NCBI GenBank assembly: GCA_963703345.1
Contig: OY969814.1
Coordinates: 384,001-448,000 of the forward strand
Length of the DNA stretch: 64,000 bases
Direction: 5' to 3'
Source: an uncultured Chloroflexia bacterium
Lineage (GTDB): Bacteria; Chloroflexota; Dehalococcoidia; DSTF01; JALHUB01
In this document: piece by piece, positions 33,990 to 43,521 of the stretch
How positions within the stretch are numbered: position 1 is the stretch's first letter
Layout: each line of letters begins with the position of its first letter
Notes under the pieces: generated by a model
What the model saw: the letters and a program-made list of their open reading frames with translations, nothing else
Told to the model about the DNA's origin: nothing
Database searches by the model: none
Made by a program: the position numbers and the translations under genes

Positions 33990-34723
33990 ACCTCTCGCTT
34001 CGGCTGGCCCATCTCTACCCCAAGCTCATGAACCTCTACGGCGACCGCGGCAACATCATCTGCCTGCGCTGTCGCTGCCGGGCGCGGGGGATCGAGCTCC
34101 TGGTCGACGAACTGGACATCGGCGACGCGCTCGACCCGAAAGGTTGCGACCTAATCTTCATGGGCGGCGGCCAGGACCGCGAGCAGCGTCGGATCGTGCG
34201 GGACCTGCTCGACGTGAAGGGAGAGTCGGTCCGGCAGGCCGCCGAAGAGGGCGTGACGGCGCTGGCCGTCTGCGGCGGCTATCAATTGTTCGCCCGCTAC
34301 TACCGGCCGGCCGTCGGCGATGACCTGCCCGGGCTCGGAATCTTCGATGCTCATACGGAGCATCCGGGCGAGAACGTGGCGCGTTGCATCGGCAACGTCG
34401 TCGCGGAGTGGGAAGGGGACACGCTTGTCGGCTTCGAGAACCACGGCGGCCGCACCTTCCTCGGCCCGAAGGCGCGCCCTTTAGCTATGGTCCGCTCCGG
34501 CTACGGCAACAACGGCTTCGACAAGACCGAGGGCGCGGTGCACAAGAACGCCTACGGCACGTACCTACACGGCTCGCTCCTTCCCAAGAACCCGCGTTTC
34601 GCCGACCATCTGCTGCGCCTCGCCCTGCGCCGTCGCTACGGGGAAGAGGTCGATCTGGCGCCGCTGGACGATTCCCTCGAGCAGGCGGCGCACGAAGCGG
34701 CAATTCGCGTCGCTTCCCACTGA
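33986..34723 (+). CDS. gatD: GatD glutamine amidotransferase
   Basis: HLYPKLMNLYGDRGN, GGGQDREQ, VCGGYQL, GFENHGG, TYLHGSLLPKNP; GTGA overlap with murT. Confidence 0.93.
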   Translation: MNLSLRLAHLYPKLMNLYGDRGNIICLRCRCRARGIELLVDELDIGDALDPKGCDLIFMGGGQDREQRRIVRDLLDVKGESVRQAAEEGVTALAVCGGYQLFARYYRPAVGDDLPGLGIFDAHTEHPGENVARCIGNVVAEWEGDTLVGFENHGGRTFLGPKARPLAMVRSGYGNNGFDKTEGAVHKNAYGTYLHGSLLPKNPRFADHLLRLALRRRYGEEVDLAPLDDSLEQAAHEAAIRVASH

Positions 34724-34810
34724 CGGCGACTGTTTGCGTTGGGTTGCCACACTCGCTAGAGGGCGGTTATCCTTGAAGCTGGTCCGAGCACTATCGAGGA
34801 GGAAGGCGTT

Positions 34811-35524
34811 CTGACACGCGCGGCGGCGGCACTCATTGCAATCACCTCGCTATTCGGTCTTGCGTTCGTTGCCTGCGGGGGCGGCAGTTCGAACGCCACT
34901 CCGACGCAGGTGCTAATAATAGTCACCCGCTCTCCTTCTCCTTCGCCCGGCCCGCCTGACCTGACCGGCTTCGCCTTCCCTCTCGCGGGCGGCTGCCTCC
35001 CTCAGGGCGATCAGCTTATGCCGGGCGCGCCGCGTGAGTACCGTCAGGGAACGCATGAGGGCATCGACTTCTACGATTCGGACAATTGCACCTCGATTGG
35101 CGTAGGTACCCCGGTTCTGGCGGCCAAGGCGGGGACGGTGATAAGGGCCGACTGGGACTACACGCCGCTTACCCAGGCAGTGCTCGATGAGTTGCAGAAC
35201 CAGACTCCCGTTAACGGCCAGACGGACGAGCACTCGCTTGACCTCTATCGCGGCCGGCAGGTCTGGATCGACCACGGCAACGGCGTCGTCACCCGCTATG
35301 CGCACCTGAGCCGCATTGCCGATGGCATCAACGTGGGGGTTTCCGTAAGCCAAGGCCAACTGATAGCATATGTTGGGAACACCGGTACGCCGGAGTCGGT
35401 TGCCGATCCGAGCGCCGAGATGCACCTGCATTTCGAGCTTCGCGTCGGCGACATCTACCTTGGAAAGGGCCTGTCCCCTTCGGAGGTAAGATCGTTGTAT
35501 GAGAAGGCTTTCGGCCTTAAGTAA
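34811..35524 (+). CDS. M23 peptidase family lipoprotein (probable CTG start)
   Basis: HEGID, YAHL, HLHFE; lipobox FVAC in frame upstream of the ORF-track start. Confidence 0.85.
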   Translation: MTRAAAALIAITSLFGLAFVACGGGSSNATPTQVLIIVTRSPSPSPGPPDLTGFAFPLAGGCLPQGDQLMPGAPREYRQGTHEGIDFYDSDNCTSIGVGTPVLAAKAGTVIRADWDYTPLTQAVLDELQNQTPVNGQTDEHSLDLYRGRQVWIDHGNGVVTRYAHLSRIADGINVGVSVSQGQLIAYVGNTGTPESVADPSAEMHLHFELRVGDIYLGKGLSPSEVRSLYEKAFGLK

Positions 35525-35530
35525 CCTGGT

Positions 35531-36385
35531 ATGGCAGAGGGGCTGCTAATGAATGACCTGCTATTGACCATCAAGATGGGCATCAACCCGGAGATCGGCC
35601 ACCTGGGCGGCCTTCTCCTGACCTGGCACGGCATTTTCATCGCTTTGGGCATCGGCCTGGGCGTATGGCTCGGCGTCTGGTTCGGGCGCAAGGCGGGCTT
35701 CACGGAGGACGACGCCTACACGATAGCCCTTATCGGCGTGCCTGCGGGCATCATCGGCGCCCGCGTCCTCTTCGTGCTGGAGAACCGCAGCGACTTCGCG
35801 AACGCGCCGCTCGATGTCTTCCGCATCAATCAGGGCGGCATTTCCTTGTACGGCGCGCTCATCGGCGGCGTCGGAGTTTGCCTCCTGTACGGCCTCTGGA
35901 AGAAGCTGCCCTTGCTTCGTGGCATGGACGCCGCCGCCTTCGGCATGATCCTTGGTCAGGGGATCGGACGCATCGGCTGTCTGGTCGCGGGCGACATCAT
36001 CGCCAAGTCGAGCTCGTTGCCCTTTGCCGTCGAGTACACGAACATCAACAGCCCGAGCTTCGCCTTGCGGCCGATGCAGTTCGTCACCGCCTACGAGGTG
36101 CTGGGCGACTTCATTATCCTGGGACTGCTGGTAGCGCTCTGGAAGTTCCGCGTCTTCAAGCGCGACGGCTTTCTTTTCTTCACTTACGCCGCGGCCTACT
36201 CGGCCATGCGATTTGGCATTAGCTTCATGCGCCTGGACAAAGAGGTCTATCTTGGTCTACGCATGGCCCAGTGGCTGGCCCTGGGCGTGATCGGCGTGTC
36301 GATCATTGCCTTCGCCCTGCTTCTCCTGCGCGGCGTCCGCGCGGCGCGACAGGCCGTTCCCGTGGAGCCGGCTGTCTCCGGCTAA
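35531..36385 (+). CDS. lgt: Prolipoprotein diacylglyceryl transferase
   Basis: WHGIF, GIIGARV, GGISLYGALIGG, QGIGRIGC. Confidence 0.88.
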   Translation: MAEGLLMNDLLLTIKMGINPEIGHLGGLLLTWHGIFIALGIGLGVWLGVWFGRKAGFTEDDAYTIALIGVPAGIIGARVLFVLENRSDFANAPLDVFRINQGGISLYGALIGGVGVCLLYGLWKKLPLLRGMDAAAFGMILGQGIGRIGCLVAGDIIAKSSSLPFAVEYTNINSPSFALRPMQFVTAYEVLGDFIILGLLVALWKFRVFKRDGFLFFTYAAAYSAMRFGISFMRLDKEVYLGLRMAQWLALGVIGVSIIAFALLLLRGVRAARQAVPVEPAVSG

Positions 36386-36461
36386 CGAAGCGGCGCCCGC
36401 CGCGGCGCAAGGCGACGATTCCGGGCGGCACCGGACCGGCGATTGCTAGACGGGGGTTCTC

Positions 36462-37355
36462 TTGCCCGGGGAAGCGAAGGCCCTGCTGGCTGCTGCGCTC
36501 TGGGCAACCTGCGGCATCGTGTTTGCCGCCCAGGTCCGCCGCCTTGGCCCGGTAGCGCTCAACGTCATACGATGCTCGGCGGCCGTCCTCTTCATCTGCC
36601 TTCTTGCGCCTTTCATGGGCGCGGGCGACGAGTTGCGCCATGTCTCCGCTGCGACCGTCGTTGCCATGATAGGCACCGGCATCCTGGCGACAGGCCTCGG
36701 CGACAGTCTCTTCTTCGTAAGCCTGCCGACGCTCGGCGCCTCCCTGGCGGTGCCCGTCTCCAGCAGCGCCTATCCGTTGCTCACCCTCTTCATCGCGGCA
36801 GTCTGGCTCGGTGAGAGCGTCACTATCGCAGTCGTGGCCGGGAGTGTGCTCATCGTCCTTGGCATCTTTCTCTTGCTCTGGCGGACGGAGCCGGTGGTGA
36901 CCCCCTCCGTCGATGTCCAGCAACCAAGCGGGGTTGGCGTTCGCGCCGCGGTCCTGTTGCTGATGGTCGCCACCGTCTTCTGGACGGCCTCGACCCTCTG
37001 GTTAAGAGCAGGCACGGGGAACCTGGGGCCAGCCTCCGCGGGACTTCTGCGTACCGGCGCCGCGGGCGCATTCCTGCTGGCGGCGCTTCGCCCGCTGGAA
37101 GGAAAACGCGCGTCCCGATTCGACGTTGGCAGCGCGATCTGGGTGGCAGTCGCCGGCATCATAGGCCTCGGCCTGGGCAGCCTCTTCTACATCGCCGCCG
37201 TCGAAGAAGCGGGCGCCGGCAAGACAGCGGTCCTTACTTCCACCATGCCGCTTTTCAACCTGCCGCTCGTCGTCCTGTTCCTGAAGGAGCGCGTCACTCC
37301 CAGAATCGTCTTCGGCACCATCACCTGTGTCGCCGGCATATCACTTATCATATGA
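36462..37355 (+). CDS. EamA/DMT family transporter
   Basis: Two 5-TM repeats, PLLT..WLGE and PLFN..FLKE. Confidence 0.88.
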   Translation: MPGEAKALLAAALWATCGIVFAAQVRRLGPVALNVIRCSAAVLFICLLAPFMGAGDELRHVSAATVVAMIGTGILATGLGDSLFFVSLPTLGASLAVPVSSSAYPLLTLFIAAVWLGESVTIAVVAGSVLIVLGIFLLLWRTEPVVTPSVDVQQPSGVGVRAAVLLLMVATVFWTASTLWLRAGTGNLGPASAGLLRTGAAGAFLLAALRPLEGKRASRFDVGSAIWVAVAGIIGLGLGSLFYIAAVEEAGAGKTAVLTSTMPLFNLPLVVLFLKERVTPRIVFGTITCVAGISLII

Positions 37356-38197
37356 GCGATCAACGGAACTGGAGTGGCATGAACAGGGCGCGAATCGGGC
37401 TGGCGTTGGGAGCCGGCGGTACGAAGGGCACCGCCCACGTCGGCGTGCTCAAGGTGCTCGACGAAGCCGGCGTGCCCGTCAACCTCATCGCCGGATCAAG
37501 CATCGGCGCGGCCTACGGCGCTGCTTACGCCGCTGGAGCCTCCACCGCCTCCATGGCCGAGGACGTCTCGCGCGTTTCTCCCGCTGACGTCTTCGCCTTC
37601 TTCCGGCACCACCTGAAGCTCTCCCCGAATGACGCCATCGGCCGCGCCTTCTTCGAGCGCTTGGACGGCCTCTCCTTCGCTGATCTGAGCGTCCCGTTTG
37701 CCGCCGTCACTTCCGACCTGTTCCAGCGGCGTCCCGTCGTTGTCCGCAGGGGGCCGCTGCTGAGGGCGGTGGAGGCGAGCATAGCGGTGCCGCTGATGGC
37801 CGCGCCGGTGAGGTATGCCGGACGCTATCTTGTCAACGGCGGCTTCTGGGAGCAGGCGCCGGCTCGGGTCGTCGCCCGGATGGGGGCAGAGAGAACCATT
37901 CAGGTCGTGCTGGGCGATTCGATTGCGATCCCACGTCGCTTCTGGCCGCTGACGCGACGCCTGGTGCGCGCTCTCGACGGTCCCGCGCGCCGCTCCGGGC
38001 CTAGCCTGGTGGCCTCGGCGCTGTTCTTGCTCTACACGCTCACTTACGTGCCGGCGCCGTCTCAAGCGGACGTGACAATTCGTCCGGACGTGGTGAGCAT
38101 CAGCGCCAACTCGCCGTTCCACATAGCGGTGGCGATGCAGCGAGGCGAACAGGCGGCGCGCGCAGCTCTGCCGCAAATTGAAGCGTTGTTGGCGTAA
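37352..38197 (+). CDS. Patatin-like phospholipase (DGG motif reads NGG)
   Basis: LGAGGTKGTAHVG, GSSIG, ASIAVP, YLVNGG. Confidence 0.88.
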   Translation: MSDQRNWSGMNRARIGLALGAGGTKGTAHVGVLKVLDEAGVPVNLIAGSSIGAAYGAAYAAGASTASMAEDVSRVSPADVFAFFRHHLKLSPNDAIGRAFFERLDGLSFADLSVPFAAVTSDLFQRRPVVVRRGPLLRAVEASIAVPLMAAPVRYAGRYLVNGGFWEQAPARVVARMGAERTIQVVLGDSIAIPRRFWPLTRRLVRALDGPARRSGPSLVASALFLLYTLTYVPAPSQADVTIRPDVVSISANSPFHIAVAMQRGEQAARAALPQIEALLA

Positions 38198-38213
38198 ACA
38201 GGGGGCTTGAAGG

Positions 38214-41200
38214 CTAGGCGGCTTTCTTCTGCGGCTTGTGCATGACGCGCAAGTTCTTGAGGAAGGCATCCACGATGCCGGGGTCGAATTGAGTGCCGGC
38301 GCCATTCCGCAGCTCTTTGATCGCCTCTTTCTGTGATAGCGCCTTTCGGTAAGGCCGGTCCAGCGTCATCGCGGAGTAGGCGTCGACGACGGCGAGGATG
38401 CGCCCCAGCAACGGTATCTCGTCGCCCTTGAGCCCGCGCGGATAGCCCTTGCCGTCGATGCGTTCGTGGTGCGTCGCCACCGGCTCGATGGCGTCGGAGA
38501 TCTGGGCGATTCCCCTCACGATCATCTCGCCGAAGCGAACGTGCTGTTGCATGACCTGCCACTCGGCGCTGTCCAGGGGCCCGGGCTTGAGTAGCGTCTG
38601 GTCCGGAATCGCGATCTTGCCGACGTCGTGCAGAAGGGCCGCCTTACGCAAAGACTCCGTGTCCTCAGCGTTAAGGTTCAAGGTTCCCGCCACCATGTCA
38701 ACGTAGCGGACGTTGTCTTCGCAGTGTCGCCTGGTATAGGGGTCCTTGTGAGCTATGGCGTTGAGCAGCCCCTGGAGGAGACCGAAGCCCAAACTCTGCG
38801 ACGGCGTGGCGCCAAACGCCGATGCCGCCATCGCCCGGCTGCCACCCAGGCGCTTTGCGTCGTAAAGAGCGCCGTCGGCGAGCATGATGAGCTCGTCGAG
38901 CCTGGTACTGTCGTGCGGATAGCAGGCGATGCCGATGCTCATTCCAATAGTGACGGATGAAGTCTCCGAATCACCGATGACGAAGGGCGTATCCGACAGA
39001 TTAGTGGTTATGCGATGCGCGACCTCTTCCGCGGCCTCACGCATCGTATCCGGCAGGACGACCAAGAACTCGTCACCACCGTAGCGCCCGACGATGTCCG
39101 TTCCTCGTACTGTTTCCCGCAGTCTCTTGCTAATAAACCGCAGCGCCTCGTCGCCGTGGAGGTGGCCGTACGTGTCGTTGATGTCCTTGAACTTGTCTAC
39201 GTCCGTCATCATCACGGCGAACACCGAACTACTGCGTTCGGCGCGCGCGAACTCCTCTTCCAGCCGCTTGTGGATGTGCCGGTGGTTGAAGAGACCGGTC
39301 AGATGGTCGGTTATCGCCTGCTCCTGGAGCTGCTCGTGGAGGCGGGCGTTCTCGATGACCACGGCGGCCTGGCGGGCTATCGCCGCGAGAGTCTCGGTCT
39401 CCTCCTTGGGGAACTGGACCTTCTGGCGGAAAGCATCGACGCTCATGAGGCCGATGGTCCTGTCCTTGATCCGCAGGGGGTAGTGCACGATCGACTTAAC
39501 CTGGAAGGCATCGAGCCACCACTTTGGTACGAGCGACGACGTCAACGCGTCTTCGATGATTAGGGGCTCCTCCATTTCCGACAGCCTGCCGTAGAATTGC
39601 CGCAGGTCCGCAGAGGTTGCAGCTGCTCCGGCAAGGGCCTGGGAATTGCGGAAGCGCTCCCATGCCTCGGGATCTTCGACGCCCAGCGACATCTTGGGCG
39701 CCAGGCGCCCGTTTTCGTCCATCATGAATATGCTGCAGCGGTCGGCGACGCTCATGTCCACCGCCGTCTGGCATATCTTGACCAGCACCTTGTTCAAACC
39801 GAGGTTCGACGCGGCAGTCGTAAGCACATCAACCAGGGCCTCAGACCGCCGCCGCTGCTCCTGCTCCCTCTCGTAGACGCGGGCGTTCTCGATGACTACT
39901 GCGGCCTGCTTGGCGATGGCCGCCAGGGTATCGATTTCCCCCTTCGGAAAGTGCACCTGGTGGCGGAAGGCGTCCACCGTCATCATGCCGATGGTCTGGT
40001 CCTTCACCCTCAACGGGTATTGGGCGATCGACTTGATATCAAAGGTGTCGAGCCACCATTTCTCCAGCACCGGCGACAAGCTCGCGTCATCCCAGACGAT
40101 CGGCTCTTCCATCGTCATGACCGACTGGAACAGCTTCATCGACTCCGGCGCAAACTCGAATCCGGGACGCGGGTTGCGGAATCTCTTCCACAGCTCGGGG
40201 TCTTCGAGACCCAGCGACATAACGGGCTCCAGGTGCGAGCCGTCTTCGGCCATTAGGAAGATGCTGACGCGGTCGGCGACGCTGATGTCAACGACCGACT
40301 GACACAGCTTCGCCAGCACGGGCTTGAGGCTGAGCGTTGAAGCCGCGGCTGTCAAGACGTTCACGAGGGCCTCGGCGCGCTGCTGCTGTTGCTGCTGCTG
40401 CTCGTATAGCCGCACGTTCTCGATGATGACCGCCGCCTGCCTGGCGATTGCCGTCAGCGTCTCGACCTCGTCTTTGGGGAACTTCCGCTCACTGCCCATA
40501 GCTCCCACCATCATCATGCCGATGGTCCTGCCTTTGACGTTGAGGGGGTAGTAGACGATGGTCTTCACATCGAAGCTCTCCGCCCACCATCTGTGGAGGT
40601 AGGGGGAGGAAGAAACGTCCTCTACGATGACAGGCTTTCGCCGGCGGGCAAGAAGCTGATTGCAGCGACGCGCTTCGGGGCTCGCCATCACTTCGAGAGG
40701 AGGATTCAAGAACCGCTCTGCCGCCTCCGGATCGCCGTGATTCACGGTCGCCACGGGGCGGTCTCTGTCGAAGAGGAAGATCGAGACATTATCTCCAACG
40801 GTCAGTTCGAACGTCGCCTCACAGATTTTCGTACATGTTTCATTGACGCCGAGACTCGAAGAGGCGGCCGCAAGAACCTTCGTCAGCGTCTCACTGCGTT
40901 GGCGCTGCCTTTGTTCCCGCTCATAGAGACGCGTATTCTCGATGAGGACGGCGGCCTGCTTGGCAACGGCCGTCAGCATCTCTATTTCCGCCTGCGGGAA
41001 CTTCCGCTCCTCACCCATGGCCGCGGCGCATATGAAGCCGATGACCCTGCCCTTGACTCTCAGCGGGTAGTAGGCAAGCGACTTCAGCTTGAAGCTATCC
41101 ACCCACCATTTAATCGTATACGGAGAGGCAGCGACATCCTCAACAACCACGGGCGTCCGCCTCTTGGCCAGGGCGCGACTGAAGAGCCGCATGTCGGAGC

Positions 41201-43019
41201 TCGCGAGGATTCCCGGCGGTGGGTCCAGAAATATCTTCATTTTCTCTGAACCGCCCGCACCCGATGACGCCATGGGCACAACGCCCTTCTTCTCGTCAAA
41301 CAGGAAGATGGAGATGTTATTGCCCACAGTCAGATCGAGGGCCGTCTCACACACCTTGACGCATGCCTGGCGGAGGCTGAGCGTGGAGGAGGCGGCGGCC
41401 AGCATTCTCGCCAGTGCGTCGCTGCGTTGTCGCTGCTTTTGTTCCCGCTCATACAGGCGCGCGTTCTCGATGATGACCGCCGCCTGTTTGGCAATGGCCG
41501 CCAGGGTACCAATCTCCTCCAGGGAGAACTTTCGCTTTTCCCTGGCTGCCGCCACGCAGAGGAAACCGATCATCTTGCCCTTTGCTCTGAGGGGATAGTA
41601 CGCGATCGACTTCAAGTGGAAGCTCTTCATCCACCATGAGTCCGAGTGGGGTGAGGTTGCCACATCCTCTACGATATAGGGTTTCCGCCGTTTGGCCAGC
41701 ATACGGTCGAAGAGCAATAGCCCTGGGCTCGATTGGACCTCCGGCGGGGGATTGCGGAACGACTCCCGTTCTTCTCGGCCGCCTTTGCCGAGCGCGCTGA
41801 CGGGCATGTAGCTCCGGCTGTCTTCCCGCTGGAGGAAGATAGAGACGGTGTCGCCTACGGTCAGGTCGAGCGTTGCCTCACAAACCTTGGCGCACACCTG
41901 GCGGAGGCTGAGCGTGGAGGAGGCAGCGGCCAGCATTCTTGCCAGTGTGTCGCTGCGCTGTCGCTGCCGCTGTTCCCGTTCGTAGAGGCGCGTGTTCTCG
42001 ATGAGCACAGCTGCCTGCTTGGCAACGGCCGTCAGTGTGACCACTTCCTCCGGAGGAAACGACACGTAGTCGTCGTAGCTGTAGACGACCATCAAGCCCA
42101 CGGCCTTACGACGGCAAGCCAGCGGATAGCCCGCGGCCGACTTCACTTTGAAGTGCTTCAGCCACCTTTCCGGGACGAAGCCCGGGCGCGTCACGCGCTC
42201 CTCGATGATCGGGCGGAGGTTGCCGTCGTTGAGGGCGGCAAGGAAGGTCGTCGGGTCAAGGTCCGCCAGCAGCAGCTCCTGGCCAGCGTTCCAACGAAGT
42301 GGGCGGTCGCTGCCCTGGGCCATGACCGCTTCGACTGCCTGGTGGTTCTCGTTTAGCACGAATATGGCGCAGCGCTGCCCAACGCTAAGCTTCAGGACGG
42401 CGCGGGATAGCTTGGTCAGCAGCGTCTTCAGGGAAAGGCCCGGGCGCGGCGTTCCGATGATATTAACCATCGTGTCGGAGCGCTTTCGGGCGCTGCGCTC
42501 GCTCTCGAGAAGCGCCTCCGTTTGGATTCCTATCGTCGCGTAGCTTGCGAAGAGACCTGCCAGCCGCAACTCCCGCCGCGTGAGCCTGTGGTCCCTTTTG
42601 TAACCCACGGCGAAGCAGCCAACGATAGACCTTCCGTTCTTCAACGGCACCAGCAGAAGGCCCTTAAGCGGAACGGCCGGCGCCAGCTCTTCAAGGTAGG
42701 CGCGGTCGGTGACGATGTGAGGATGGCCTTTTGTGAATACCGAGCCGAAGGGGCCATCGCCGGCGCGGACCTTCCATCTAGCCACGCAGTCACCGGGCAG
42801 GCCGACGTGGCTCCGTATCGTAAGGAAACCCTCTTCGTCCACCAGCGAGATGGCGGCGATATCGCCCTTGAGGATTTCGCAGGCCAGTCTGGCCGCCGCG
42901 TCGAGCGTCTCCTGCGGGTTCACGGAGTAATTTGAGCGCGCCGCACGGCGTGCCGGTCGCGGCTTCTCTGCGAGCGTTCGCAGTCGTTTCTTCTTGGCTG
43001 GGCTCGTAGGTACGGACAT
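38214..43019 (-). CDS. Seven-GAF diguanylate cyclase / HD-GYP phosphodiesterase
   Basis: Seven GAF repeats, six ending A.QAAV.IEN.R; DHLTGLFN; RGTD..GRYGGDEF; HDVGK..HHERIDGKGYP. Confidence 0.92.
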   Translation of the reverse strand: MSVPTSPAKKKRLRTLAEKPRPARRAARSNYSVNPQETLDAAARLACEILKGDIAAISLVDEEGFLTIRSHVGLPGDCVARWKVRAGDGPFGSVFTKGHPHIVTDRAYLEELAPAVPLKGLLLVPLKNGRSIVGCFAVGYKRDHRLTRRELRLAGLFASYATIGIQTEALLESERSARKRSDTMVNIIGTPRPGLSLKTLLTKLSRAVLKLSVGQRCAIFVLNENHQAVEAVMAQGSDRPLRWNAGQELLLADLDPTTFLAALNDGNLRPIIEERVTRPGFVPERWLKHFKVKSAAGYPLACRRKAVGLMVVYSYDDYVSFPPEEVVTLTAVAKQAAVLIENTRLYEREQRQRQRSDTLARMLAAASSTLSLRQVCAKVCEATLDLTVGDTVSIFLQREDSRSYMPVSALGKGGREERESFRNPPPEVQSSPGLLLFDRMLAKRRKPYIVEDVATSPHSDSWWMKSFHLKSIAYYPLRAKGKMIGFLCVAAAREKRKFSLEEIGTLAAIAKQAAVIIENARLYEREQKQRQRSDALARMLAAASSTLSLRQACVKVCETALDLTVGNNISIFLFDEKKGVVPMASSGAGGSEKMKIFLDPPPGILASSDMRLFSRALAKRRTPVVVEDVAASPYTIKWWVDSFKLKSLAYYPLRVKGRVIGFICAAAMGEERKFPQAEIEMLTAVAKQAAVLIENTRLYEREQRQRQRSETLTKVLAAASSSLGVNETCTKICEATFELTVGDNVSIFLFDRDRPVATVNHGDPEAAERFLNPPLEVMASPEARRCNQLLARRRKPVIVEDVSSSPYLHRWWAESFDVKTIVYYPLNVKGRTIGMMMVGAMGSERKFPKDEVETLTAIARQAAVIIENVRLYEQQQQQQQRAEALVNVLTAAASTLSLKPVLAKLCQSVVDISVADRVSIFLMAEDGSHLEPVMSLGLEDPELWKRFRNPRPGFEFAPESMKLFQSVMTMEEPIVWDDASLSPVLEKWWLDTFDIKSIAQYPLRVKDQTIGMMTVDAFRHQVHFPKGEIDTLAAIAKQAAVVIENARVYEREQEQRRRSEALVDVLTTAASNLGLNKVLVKICQTAVDMSVADRCSIFMMDENGRLAPKMSLGVEDPEAWERFRNSQALAGAAATSADLRQFYGRLSEMEEPLIIEDALTSSLVPKWWLDAFQVKSIVHYPLRIKDRTIGLMSVDAFRQKVQFPKEETETLAAIARQAAVVIENARLHEQLQEQAITDHLTGLFNHRHIHKRLEEEFARAERSSSVFAVMMTDVDKFKDINDTYGHLHGDEALRFISKRLRETVRGTDIVGRYGGDEFLVVLPDTMREAAEEVAHRITTNLSDTPFVIGDSETSSVTIGMSIGIACYPHDSTRLDELIMLADGALYDAKRLGGSRAMAASAFGATPSQSLGFGLLQGLLNAIAHKDPYTRRHCEDNVRYVDMVAGTLNLNAEDTESLRKAALLHDVGKIAIPDQTLLKPGPLDSAEWQVMQQHVRFGEMIVRGIAQISDAIEPVATHHERIDGKGYPRGLKGDEIPLLGRILAVVDAYSAMTLDRPYRKALSQKEAIKELRNGAGTQFDPGIVDAFLKNLRVMHKPQKKAA

Positions 43020-43090
43020 ATCTACCGGAATTATCGGTAGCGGTCGGCAGAGGCTGAGGGTGTGGACGCGCTAGAAGGGGAGAAATGTTT

Positions 43091-43513
43091 TCAATCTATG
43101 AGATGAAGCTCTTCTTCGACGACGGTGCCGCCGTCCAGGCAAAAAGCCCTGACGCATGGAGGAGTCTCCGCCAGCGAGACGATGACGTGGACGACGCCCG
43201 GCCAGAGGTCAACCGCTCCGTCCGGCGCGCGCGACATGGCAACGTCGCTCCGCGAGGGGCGGGCTTCACCGGCCGGATGAGAATGGTAGATTGCCAGGAA
43301 CTGCCAGCCCGCGGCCTCGGCTTCGGCGTGGATCCGGCAACGATCGCCGTCGTCGATGGCGAAGCGATAGGGGCTGTGTTCGGCGTTGACGGCGCGGTAG
43401 AGCTTGCGGACTTTGCCGTCCTTTCCCGCGAGGATACCGCAGCACTCGTTCGGCGCTTCCTCGCGGGCATGAGCGACGATCTCTTCGACGTGGCGCCGAG
43501 GGAGATCGAACAC
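43091..43513 (-). CDS. JAMM/M67 metallopeptidase (Mec-like)
   Basis: PNECCG, IYHSHP...PSRSD. Confidence 0.9.
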   Translation of the reverse strand: MFDLPRRHVEEIVAHAREEAPNECCGILAGKDGKVRKLYRAVNAEHSPYRFAIDDGDRCRIHAEAEAAGWQFLAIYHSHPAGEARPSRSDVAMSRAPDGAVDLWPGVVHVIVSLAETPPCVRAFCLDGGTVVEEELHLID

Positions 43514-43521
43514 GTGGCGGC

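Noticed and set aside
37352-38197. Patatin as a CBASS/CapV effector or a true pseudo-enzyme
   Set aside because: No cyclase or defence neighbours; the DGG->NGG change falls in the GTCGAC signature and may be artefactual
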